From contig JARFYF010000094.1 in the NCBI GenBank assembly GCA_030265395.1, positions 92,178,283 through 92,242,282 on the forward strand: 64,000 bases of DNA, in the 5' to 3' direction. This stretch comes from Rhina ancylostomus (lineage: Eukaryota). A program made the translations under genes and the position numbers. The notes beneath the pieces were generated by a model. That model saw only the letters and a list, made by a program, of their open reading frames with translations, did no database searches and was not told the DNA's origin. Below are positions 12,745-24,104 of the stretch, piece after piece; the stretch's first letter is position 1; every line of letters starts with the position of its first letter.

Positions 12745-13084
12745 GAGTCACACAGTGGTGCAACCAGTAGAGCTGCTGCCTCAGAACTCCAGGTTCAATC
12801 CTGACTTCGGGTGCTGACTGTGTGGAGTTTGCACATTCTCCCTGTGACAAATGAGTTTCCTCTGGCTACTCTGGTTTCCAACCACATCTCAAAGAAGAGA
12901 CGATTGGTAGAGTAATTGGCTGCCTTAAATTGTGTAGGTAAATGTAGAATCTGGGGGAGACGATGGGAATGTGGGGAGAATAAAATGGATTAGGGTAGGC
13001 TTAGTGTAAATGGATGCTTGATGGTCTGCACATACTTAGTGGGCTGAAGGGCCAGTTTCTGTGTTGCATCTCCCTTTGACTCTA
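12745..13084 (+). mobile_element. Near full-length tRNA-derived V-type SINE (HE1-like) with a CR1-type tail
   Basis: A-box-like AGTGGTGCAACCAG, B-box GGTTCAATCC (12792-12801), core GTGTGGAGTTTGCACATTCTCCCTGTG...GGTTTCC, tail GGGCTGAAGGGCC...GACTCTA. Confidence 0.85.
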
Positions 13085-14609
13085 CCTTAGTCAAACTGAT
13101 AGTAGGTTAAATGACACCAAGCACTCCCAGTATCAGCCATTCAATCCCTGATATTATGTGAGGGCCAATAGGAAGACAGCAACATGCTAAAAAGACAGCT
13201 TAATTTTTATGATCAGGAAAGCTTGCCTGCTTTATTTAATAGGGTCTTGTTAGTTATCGGAAGGTGAATAATAAACATTTTAAAAAATCAGGAATTCAAA
13301 TCAATTCAAAAAACAACTTCCCTTTCTCCTGATGTGCTTTTTNNNNNNNNNNNNNNNNNNNNNNNNNNNNNNNNNNNNNNNNNNNNNNNNNNNNNNNNNN
13401 NNNNNNNNNNNNNNNNNNNNNNNNNNNNNNNNNNNNNNNNNNNNNNNNNNNNNNNNNNNNNNNNNNNNNNNNNNNNNNNNNNNNNNNNNNNNNNNNNNNN
13501 NNNNNNNNNNNNNNNNNNNNNNNNNNNNNNNNNNNNNNNNNNNNNNNNNNNNNNNNNNNNNNNNNNNNNNNNNNNNNNNNNNNNNNNNNNNNNNNNNNNN
13601 NNNNNNNNNNNNNNNNNNNNNNNNNNNNNNNNNNNNNNNNNNNNNNNNNNNNNNNNNNNNNNNNNNNNNNNNNNNNNNNNNNNNNNNNNNNNNNNNNNNN
13701 NNNNNNNNNNNNNNNNNNNNNNNTTGAATTCGTTTGGTCCATACATCCATGTGGTTTCCATTCAGTGGCTTTACTTTTTTTTGAACAAGCTAATAATTAC
13801 TTTTTTTGTTTTATTATAGTTAAAGGATTTTTTTCTGTTTAGCTAAGGCAGGATGCAGTAACAAGAGACAGTTGCTGAAAACAGGCCTAGCAGGAGGATA
13901 TACTGAGTGTGCGTGTGTGGGCCTTTTAAATAAATGACTACGGGTGAAGTCAAGGAGAGCAAGTAATACAATACAACGCCTGAACAATATAACTCCACTC
14001 AGTACAGCTGGATTACCAGACAATTTGTAAGATCATTACCTGGCAGCGAACAAATAAAAATCAATTGTAATATCATTTGATAGCTTTACAGTGCAAAGAA
14101 AGAGATTAACACCGGTTTAATCTCTTGAAAGTGCAGAAGTGGGATCAAATGTTGTAAGAGGTGCAATGATTTGTTGACGATAGTTCTACCTCTGTTTTTA
14201 CCTGAATCAAATAATTAATAGGCAATAAGATTGGAGACTAAATAGTGCTCAAGCTAGCTTAATCTCCATTTCTTAGCCGTTGACCAGGGATGGCCCAAGT
14301 CCTGCTGCAGGGTCACACTCACTGAAAACAACTCTGGTTTTAGCTAGGTTACCTGATCTTAACCGGGACATTAACAAGACAACTATATCTGGTATCACTG
14401 ATCCTTTGTTATGGAAGAGAGAAAAAAGTCCAGATTTGTACTGGAAGGCACACGTGCAGATATCAGGTGAAGGTAGGGTCTGATTATGACATTCTCTGCA
14501 ATCAAAAAGCCTGCAACACTCACCAGATGGCCTCAAGCCTGAGTAGTTACTTAGGTGGGGACTAGTAAAGAATTATACTAAAGTACAAGCCCATGGTTCC
14601 AGAGGAGGA

Positions 14610-14720
14610 ACATAGAACATAGAACAGCACAGTACAGGCCCTTCGGCCCACAACATTGTGCCGACATTTTATCCTGCTCTAAGATTTATCTAACCCTTCC
14701 CTCCCACATAGCTCCCATTA
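14610..14720 (-). mobile_element. Short CR1-type 3' tail with (CATAGAA)n terminal repeat
   Basis: AACATAGAACATAGAACAGCACAGTACAGGCCCTTCGGCCCACAA. Confidence 0.75.
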
Positions 14721-16189
14721 GCCCCCTAAGGTTGAACATTGGTAAGAAAATGAAGTTATGAAATAAAATCTGCTTTAATAAATGAAACTTGTGCAAGTTA
14801 AACAAAATGCACATTTTGAAAGAGTAAACTTTTAAAGGAAACTCCCTTAAGATTCATACGGTTTACAAGCTGCTGGGCTGCTTCGTCCTGATCTCCATTT
14901 TGTTCCTTGATATGGATCCACTGATCTGATTACAATTGCTTCAAGCTACTATCCAAGTTCACACAGTCCTCTCCATCCACTCAGAGCAGAACTGTGGCCA
15001 GAAATAGACCTAAAGAGGTTCCTTTCGCTTCACGGGATGTTGTGCAGGGTTTGAGCATTCCAGTGTGCACACAGTGTACAGCAGGCACCCAACCATAGTT
15101 CTGTCTCATGTGGTTCTTCCAGTAACTTGATCACAGAACCTGTGCCCAGTAGGCATTCTGTTAAACTGATTATATAGTTGTAATAGCAGAGATGGACTGA
15201 TAACAGAAGTGTAGGTTTGCACAGGTGCATTGACAATTCGTAACTAACACTGAGGGGACGTATGATTGTTTCTCCAAATCTCTTCAATAGCAGCAGTACT
15301 GGGAACTAGTTGCATTTATAAATGCCTTCAATGCAAGCAAAATGTCCTACACTATTTCACAGAGAAAAATGGGAAAAATGTCGAGCTGAAGACATGGAGG
15401 TGAGGAGAGGTGGCCAAATTCTTCGTCATAGAGGTACCTTTAATACGAATTTAATGGTGTAGACACAGAAGGGAAACCAAAACAAGTCAGAGAAGTTCCA
15501 CAGTGGGTAATCAGTGNNNNNNNNNNNNNNNNNNNNNNNNNNNNNNNNNNNNNNNNNNNNNNNNNNNNNNNNNNNNNNNNNNNNNNNNNNNNNNNNNNNN
15601 NNNNNNNNNNNNNNNNGGCACCAAAAATGGAATGATTGGGAGAGGGGAGGAGGAAAGGTGCAAATCCAGATTTCTAGAGCCAGAGGAAGAGTCCGTATTT
15701 GGTAGAAAAGTTCGAATGGATTGGGAACATTGTGGAAGTGAAGGCGATGGAAGGAATAAGCACAAGGGAAGGATACAGGTCCTGGCAGGTCAGCAAGGAC
15801 TGCAACAAAGGAAGGCTTGACTGGGTCTGGGATAGGAAACAGAGTTTTTGCAAAATGATGTTAATGGCAGGTGAAAGATGGAATGCCAGCCAGGATGTGT
15901 TGGAACAGTCAGGAGACTAATTCTGGATGAGTGGATGGGCTGGATGAGATGGAAGTGGCTGATGTTACAGACCTGATAATGTAGATCAGCATTCCAGAGG
16001 CAACCTGGGATCAAAGGTTCAGCTCGAAGTAAAAGAGGACATGTGGTTGAAACAGGTTGATTCAGCCTGAGACAGTGGCTAAGCAGTGGGACAGAATCGG
16101 TGGTTAGGGAATTCTGTGGTGGGGCAATAGACAGCAGCCAAGAAGTAGTAATGGGAGAAGTGTCACATCCCTTGTAACTTGCTCCATCA

Positions 16190-16680
16190 TGTGACAAGAT
16201 CATGCCTGAAATTCTTCCTCAACTCCACCTGCATCCATACCCCTCATTTCCCCTGGATTCCAAACATTTATCTCAGCATTGAGTATGTTCAACAACAGAG
16301 GAGCCACAGCCTTCTTGGATGGAGAATTGCAAAGATTTACAATCTTTTGAGTGAAGAACATTACACCAGACCTCATTCCTATACATCTGACATCATACCC
16401 TGAGACTGTACCCCCTACTCTGGACTCCCTACTAAAAAAAACTCTCAGCATCTCCAGAACCTTATAATTCAGTGAGATAATCCTCATTCTTTTAAACTCC
16501 AGATTATATGGGTCCGTTCTACCTCTACTTCCCTCTAAGATAGTCCTCGTATCCTAGGAATCCATTCAATAAACATTAACTGCACTGCATCCATTGCAAG
16601 TATATCATTTTTCAAACTTGGAGACCAAAACAGCACATTGTGTGGTCTCCCTAATATCCTCTACAGTTGCAGTAACACTT
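16190..16680 (-). mobile_element. Degenerate CR1 fragment
   Basis: ORF 16200-16487 contains FFTQKIVNLCNS...AV...NAEI, a CR1 C-terminal remnant. Confidence 0.7.
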
Positions 16681-17113
16681 TATTATGCTTAAGCATCTGG
16701 CTTGACATTATCTAATGGGAGGAACTCATCGGTTCATCCCAGAGAAGTAGAGAGTGGATTCGAACAAGGACAGAGAGCACCTTCAATCTTCTCACGAGAA
16801 GTTTCTCAATGATCCACATGCACTATGAACTAAATCTAAGCTTTTTTTAAAACTAGGAACTTGAGCACCAGCAAAGAATCTCCACCACTGGTTTCGACTG
16901 CAGTCAAATCCAGCTTCCACTATTGGAAGCACTGTAAATGACACTCCTTTGATGACCCATTGAGCCGTTGGCTTACCAGAGTATCAGCAACAACATTTCA
17001 AGGAAATGAATAAAGCGACCACAAACAAGTCCACATACACCCTTCTGTTCATTCTTTCGGTGGTGAAGTCTCCACTACCCTAACTAAAGATGAGAATAAA
17101 CAGGGGGACTCAC

Positions 17114-17267
17114 AGATGAATGGCTTGACGCTGCTGTGGATATGCTTGTGCTGCTTGAGACCTGAGGATGTGGCGAATGTCTTTCCACATTCCGGACAGG
17201 CATGTGCCCGAGCACCAACATGCTGTGAGCGAATGTGTCTCTGCAGATTGCTGGGGTCTGTAAAAAC
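17114..17267 (-). CDS. MECOM: MECOM coding exon (154 nt): end of ZF4 and ZF5
   Basis: [51 protein letters not shown]. Acceptor TTTCCCAGCAG|GTT, donor ATCT|GTGAGT. Confidence 0.97.
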
Positions 17268-18366
17268 CTGCTGGGAAACAGTAAAGAAATCTGATGCAGG
17301 GAGATGAAATATGGAGATCAAGGTCCAGCTTTACAATCAAACTCAGAAACTAGTTTCTATAAGGAGCACTTTATTTTACCTTTAACTTGACTTAACCTTC
17401 AAACTCTATTTAGTTTTCCTGTTTGACCTATACAATGGCTCCAATAATGTTTATCTCAGTAATGATCACTGACACACAGATCATTTTATATCAGGTTTTA
17501 TCTAAGTAATGCACAAAGGAATCAGATTTGAAGCATAAAAACTTTGAAAATAACTGGATTTTATATACTGTACCATCCAGTCTATCTTCATCTGAGAGTT
17601 GATACCACACTCACAGCACGTAAAGCTACAAGCCACAGGTCTTTGATTTTCCATCATGCACTACCATTAGACCCTGTCTCTTACTGGGACAACAGATTTT
17701 TTTTATTTTTCAGTGGTCTTCATTGATCCAAAAGTCCCTGCGACTAATGAAAATGGCAGAGTCTGGGGAATCTCATGCCTTGAGTCCCAATTTTCCCGTG
17801 TTCATCCCTTCCTCCATAGTAGCGGAAGTGTATGCACCAGGTGGCCTATATGGTCTTTAACTCAGCTCAGTAGAAAAGATCCCGGTGCTGAAAGGGAATG
17901 ATGTGTATTTCATAAACAAAACAATTATTACAGGGATGAAATATAATTGATCAAAGCTGAACTTTACACCAAATAAAACACACTTGGACAGTGTTAGTGG
18001 AATTAGCGATGGGACGGCGAGTCAGCTGGTGCTCTCTCTCTCTCTCTCTCTGTCAATGAAAACCAAGGAGATATAAAATTGGCTGCCGTCTCCCACCAAA
18101 ACTTACACTGACCACCGCGACTCTTCGACTGGCTGGGTGCTGAAATATATTTTTTAAGCAAAAAACAATCTACTCTTCATTTTAAGGTCAAGACAAAGTG
18201 TTCTGGAATTCTGGAAATGGGGAAAATGAAATGACTTTTACTTCCATCTTTTTGAAAACAATTTAAGATTTATAAATGAATTTTGAAAAGTCATATTTTT
18301 ATTAATGTTCCAGTTCTCCTTTCCCAGCCCGATTCTAACATAAGGAATTGGAACCCTTCACCATAC

Positions 18367-18514
18367 CTTGGCGCAGTTTTCACATTCGTAGTGCTTGCCA
18401 CTGTCGTGTGACATCTGGTGACGAATGAGATTCGACTTCCAGTTGAAGGCTTTAGGGCACTGGTCGCACTTGTATTCTCTCTCCTCCGTGTGCGTCAGCA
18501 GGTGTCTGTCCAGG
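18367..18514 (-). CDS. MECOM: MECOM coding exon (148 nt): end of ZF2, ZF3, start of ZF4; not listed in the ORF track
   Basis: Manual translation (S)[49 protein letters not shown]. Acceptor CTCAGCAG|C, donor AAG|[16 protein letters not shown] favours MECOM over PRDM16. Confidence 0.96.
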
Positions 18515-19744
18515 CTGCTGAGTCAGTAAGAGAGAGCCCATTACTCCCATTCTCTCTTGCTAGGACAGCCTCTGCCTTACTTGGACCCNNNNNNNNNNNN
18601 NNNNNNNNNNNNNNNNNNNGTCTAAAATGAGTAACACAGCTACTTAAAAAAAATTGGCCGGGGATCTATTATTCTATGAGTAATATTTCCCTCAATTCTT
18701 TGCCTTTCTTAAAGACTGTTGGCTCATAATGGGGCTTTGGCCCAACGCACCCTGGCTGTTTAAACCACAATGTCAAAGTATCCATTCTTTATTCACAAGC
18801 TCAGTTGTGATGAGTGGTAGGAAGTTATGTTACTGATGAGTGCTTGATTGCCAAGCCTGATCTTGTCTAACCCAATTTTGTACCTGGAGATTTCCTGGCA
18901 GGAATTACTGATGAAAATTAGGGATGGATCCTGGCTAATCCAATGCGAGGCCAGATGTAGCATGTGCCCAGTAAACTTCAGAGGTTTTATTTGTGATCAA
19001 TGTGTTTATTTTGGTATAGTAGCAGCAAGCCATATGTTGCCAAATATCTGTGCCTTTTGGTGGCATATTTCACGTGTCCACATACTCATGATAATTCTCA
19101 ATTAAGCATAAGTTTGACAAAGGGAAAGTTGTCTGGGTTGTGGGGCAGGCTAAATTAATTGAGATAACGTCCCTGCACCAGTCAGACACAGCTCCATTGA
19201 ACAGTTACATGTACGGCAATCTCCGAGGTGCTCATGTACTCTCCAGTATTCCATCTTTCCTTGAGTGTTTTGCCCAGAAATTTGAGTGCATCCTAATGGA
19301 TGGGAGCGGCAGTGGCATGTCAATGAACCTTTGGCTGCCACCCCTATTTGAAAACTTCTTTGGTCATCAGGAGTAGCAGAATAGGGCCCGCGGATTATCA
19401 AAACTGCAAGTATGTTGTCTGGTCTTCCTTCTGAAGGGCAAGATCTGGACAGTCAGCCCCTATTGAGGGTTGAGTATGTAGGTGGTGGAGGGGTGGGATG
19501 AAAATCAGAGCCTGGCATTCCAGAAGTATGGGGAAGGGGAAATGTATCAGAAAACTAGAATTTTCATTGAGGTGAGGAGTGAGGAGTGAAGAGAATTGTA
19601 GGGTCAAGTAGGACGGGACATTGAGGAGATATCGGGGACTAGAGATCAAGGGGTGAGGGGGGTTGGTGTAGATCTTTAAGGAATGCTTAAGGACTAAGAT
19701 AAGTCATTCATTTATTCAGTATGCACCCTAGTCCGTACTATAGT

Positions 19745-19815
19745 AAACTGCCGCAAAACAACAAATTTCACAACATGTAAGTCAGTGATAATGAGCCTGA
19801 TTCTGATTCTGATAC
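19745..19815 (+). mobile_element. Same LINE family, terminal tail only
   Basis: CTGCCGCAAAACAACAAATTTCACAACATGTAAGTCAGTGATAATGAGCCTGATTCTGATTCTGA, homologous to 36683-36740. Confidence 0.7.
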
Positions 19816-21081
19816 TGTGCAGGTCAACTTGTCTATTCTGCCCAAAAATGGCTACCCCCACAGCAACGTGGTCCAAATTCCCTGTAATGCTCCAAAAGTA
19901 GTGTTGCATAGGGAATGTTGTCATTCCACGTGGCCCAACCAGACATCCTATCAGAGGTACAAGAGTGACTCACATCAGGGTGATGCAAAACTAACACAGG
20001 AGATAAATGAAATCAATTTTCTATTGCATAATACAAAATAATGAACATTATACACTTGAATTTCTCAGCACTAGCTTTGGGGGGTACTTTTTCTCATGAA
20101 CTCCACTAAATATTAAAGAAAGAAACATAATTCAACCATTCCCAAAGGATTAATTCCAATGAAATTACTAGCATAAACTAGAACTGTCAGTCAACATTGT
20201 CCCTATGACCAGGCCCCGCCTGCCTCCTATCTATCAACAGGAACTGATCCTGGTTATGCTAACACTGTTGACTGACAAGTTAAAAGGTGAAACAACTAAC
20301 TTCACATTCCTGTAGCTCAAAGCTTGCAGGCGGAACTGAAAATGGATTGTTTTGGCTCAGGGCAATAGAGAAAGACTCAAAACGTAAATAAGGAAAGGCC
20401 AGGTCTGGATTCAATGTCGAGCAGTCAAAAGCACTGGACTTGCTGTCAAAATTAGTGGCGACATTGCAGAACAGAATACTTACTCCACACATTTTACCAG
20501 CAATGATGATGTGATTAAAAAAAGAACGTCCTTCAAACTAGTAAACTGATAAATAATAATTAGATTACAAACAGCAATGAATAAGACAGAAACTTTGCTG
20601 GTGATTTTTGAGGCCTATAGTTTTTCTGCTTCCATCATACTATTGCACTTTCATCCTGTTTGTTTGACACATATGCCGTCAGCATATGGAATAATCCTAC
20701 GGTATAGCACTTGTTTTAAGGTTGAAAATGTCAAAGCTCTCTTTTCCTGCACATTTTACTATCAACACCTGCAACAAGATAGGACTTTGCGGCTTTTTTT
20801 GCCAAACATTATAGAGAGACAATAACATTTACTGAGGTCACTCAGAGGGCAAAGCTTAGTTATAGGATTGTGCTGAGGAGAGTGACANNNNNNNNNNNNN
20901 NNNNNNNNNNNNNNNNNNNNNNNNNNNNNNNNNNNNNNNNNNNNNNNNNNNNNNNNNNNNNNNNNNNNNNNNNNNNNNNNNNNNNNNGAGTGACATTTCC
21001 CTTTTGCCTTATTGGCATCAGGAAGTGTGGTACATTGAGTCTGCCTACAAAACAGAACCTGCATTGAATTGCAGTACTCAC

Positions 21082-21280
21082 CTTTGAGCATCTGGGTAGA
21101 CTCCATCACACTCCTTACACTCGTGAAGTTCGTCTTCACCATTCAGCTTCGGTTTGAAGTCTTCGTCTACCATGGAGAATGCGGTGGGGGAACCACTGCA
21201 GGTAAATTTCTGGTGGTCCAGCAGCTCTGCTTTGCACTCAAAGAGCTTATTGCACTCATCGCAACGATACTCGCGCTCCT
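21082..21280 (-). CDS. MECOM: MECOM coding exon (199 nt): ZF1 (C2HC-type) and start of ZF2
   Basis: (E)[27 protein letters not shown]...[15 protein letters not shown]. Acceptor TTTCATTGCCGCAG|AG, donor AAAG|GTGAGT. Phases fit both neighbours. Confidence 0.96.
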
Positions 21281-22314
21281 CTGCGGCAATGAAACACCAC
21301 TTCATAATCTTGAAACCAGATTCAACTGAACTTTAAGACTTAATAACTCCAATTAATTATTATCAGTGCTAAGTGTGGTAAAGTCCACTTTGCTGTCAGG
21401 AGAGTCAATCAATGACATCACATGATACAGATTTTATATGGCATTAGTCAATAATCAGTTACAGATGGCCTATGAATAATAATAGATATCAAAATTGCAC
21501 AGTTCATGGTCTACCCAACCGTCCCTGGTCTCCCAAGTTCAGGTTATCATCAACAGCAATCATTTGTCTTTTCACTTTCACACATTAGAGTGCGCAATAA
21601 ATGCTGAGTGCTTGTAATTTAAGAGATTCATTTCACAAATTCTAATACTGGGCTTGGTACAAAATGAATAAAGAATTTTTCTCTGTTTTCTCCCATTTGT
21701 AATGGATTGGGATGGATTGTTCTATAATCAAGCCACCCCTTCAGCTGGTTCCTTCATATAATTTGAACATAATACAGTCAAATGACCAGCAGCACAAAAA
21801 CAGCCACAAGGCAGATATGTTCAGTCCAGGAAGGAATACTGAAATGCTTTATGGGACCAGTATTCATAGGCTTATACCACAGGCATAGCAAACACTTCAA
21901 AGTGCCCCATAGGGCTGGTGAATGCATTAAAACACCCCGGAGGACCAATGATGTTATTGAAGGCTTACTGTGACTCTACTCTACCTTTCAATGCTCTCCA
22001 GCCATAAATTTCAAGTAAATTTATCACATGTTAAATGAGCTGGATTCTCTTGACAATTCCTTCATCTTCTTCCCAGAAGACATTAATCTCAAGTTAACAA
22101 AGGTACTTGCAATGACCCAGCTCCAGCCATTCCTTTAGCATCTGCAAGTTCTGTCCTTAAATCCTGGAAGCCATGGAAGCAATGGATGTTTCTGCTGGCC
22201 AGCCCTACATGGCATTCTCCACTGGATCTGGCCTACTTTCTTTACAGTTTAAACTTAAGTCTGGTGCCAGAGCTCATTTCTCTTTGACCCTTGCATTCCA
22301 AAAGACAAGAGGAC

Positions 22315-22600
22315 ATAAAAAAATAAGGAACTGAAGGAGTCGATTATACAGCCTCTTGAACCTGTTCCATTATTCTATAAGATTATGGCTGATCATTCAC
22401 CTTATCTGTTTTGCTACCCTTTGATCCTCATTTCTTCCAATTCCCTAAGTGCCCATCAATCTCAGTGTCACATGTACTCAATTACGGAACATCCACAGCC
22501 TTGGAGGTAGAGAATTCCAAAGATTTAAAACCATCTGTGTAAAGAAACTTCTCCTTGCCTCAGTACTAAATGGTCAACCCTTTATTCTAAAATGGTGCTT
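22315..22600 (-). mobile_element. Degenerate CR1 3' fragment
   Basis: GAACCTGTTCCATTATTC...ATGGCTGATC...GGTAGAGAATTCCAAAGATT...AAGAAACTTCTCC. Confidence 0.7.
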
Positions 22601-24001
22601 TCATTATATTTCCCTGGTTCAGGCTCAAGCATCTCTCTAGGGAAGAGAGCCAATTATTCTGAGCTATGTCCCAGCAAACTGTGCCACTCATCCATTGCCT
22701 TACTGAAATAAACTACTGACATTTTCTTTGTCAAGACATGATTATGAACAGATTTGGAGTTGAGGTATACAGTACATAGTTACAATAAGTGTGTTTTATT
22801 GCAGAGATTTTTTTGATCTTTCATGGTCAATGTGCTTTTTTCTTTCAAGGTGACATTCCGAAGACATTTTCAAACACAATAAGAAATTAATTTGACCCAC
22901 TTCAAGAAAAAATAGCACATCTAATAAGAAAACATAGACTTCATATGGTAACAATGGGAAGGAAGTCAATTTATTACACGCAGTGACTTACAAAACAGGC
23001 ATTTGCTGCCAGGATCAATGGCTCATGGCCCTTAATATCTCCAAGAATGTTTCTTATGAAGAAGAGAATAGACCAACTGAGTGCATTGTGTCAGCAATGT
23101 ATGCAAACTGCCAAATACTTGATAATTAATCTTTTGTTTTCATCCATGGTGTACAGGGTATTTAAAATGCAACTTCAGGCTCAAGGGTAATATTTTAATC
23201 CAACTGCATGCAACATCAAAAGGGGCAGGCATTCCTGGCTACTGGGAGAACAAAGGAGGAAAGTAGCTACATCTGGCAGCAGCAATGCACACTCTTTCTG
23301 CACAACCAAGATCATGCTACTGAGGACAAGATGTTCTACCATAGCTGTGACAAGAGCTGAAGAGTTCACACCCCTTGCATCAGAGTGGATGAGTAAATCG
23401 ATCTCAACTCTGACAATACCTCCTCTTCCTTTCACCAATGCAAAGTCTTCCAGACCACTAGATCTTCTCTGCAGCGCATCAAGTAGCTTCAGATTGCAAT
23501 AAATAGTGTGATTCCTCTGACAAAATATCTTTTTAGTCAGCATTGGCGCAAAGAAAACACAGCAGACATGATAAGTTAACCCTGGAAACTTACCCAAAAT
23601 CCATTAAAGCAAACGGAGACTAACAAAGAAGCATTTAGCTTCATTCTAGCTCAAGGGTCCCTAAATAATCATTGGCAGAACTGAAGAAAATCACTCACAG
23701 AGCAGATAATACAGTAATAAAGTTTGCAATATAGAAACTGGAGCCATATGCTCCAAATTCATTGTGGCCACGATGCTGTGGCAATCAACACATTTATCAC
23801 CTTTACTGTGTTCTAAGACCATGAAATTAGTATGTTTGGTAAACTACTTCTCTGCTTTGCAATTGTACAATGATAGCTCTTCTCAATGATCAGCATTTCT
23901 TACTGGGAACCAGGGAAAAACATTTAACAAGTCAGGGGATGATGAAACGTAACCAGCTGGCAGTGGGTTGAGGAATTTAATGCAATACAACAGTTACTCA
24001 C

Positions 24002-24104
24002 CATGTATCTCTGGAGCCATTGTTTCCTTTGGGTAGCCTCCACTCTTCATCAACACCAAGAGCTCCTCCCCCGGGCTAATGTCTCGTATAATTCTGTAAA
24101 AAAT
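24002..24104 (-). CDS. MECOM: MECOM coding exon (103 nt): end of the PR domain and the EVI1 start codon (ATG at 24050)
   Basis: IFYRIIRDISPGEELLVLMKSGGYPKETMAPEIH contains the PR/SET C-terminal PGEELL motif and the EVI1 N-terminus MKS..YP.ETMAP.IH. Acceptor TTTTTGTTATTCAG|ATT, donor CATG|GTGAGT. Confidence 0.96.

Noticed and set aside
12745-12810. tRNA gene
   Set aside because: The A/B boxes belong to a SINE head. No complete cloverleaf, and it continues into SINE core and tail.
13296-13819. Long ORFs here and at 41005-41868, 52083-52751 and 60828-61350
   Set aside because: Artefacts of reading through N-gaps and (CT)n repeats.
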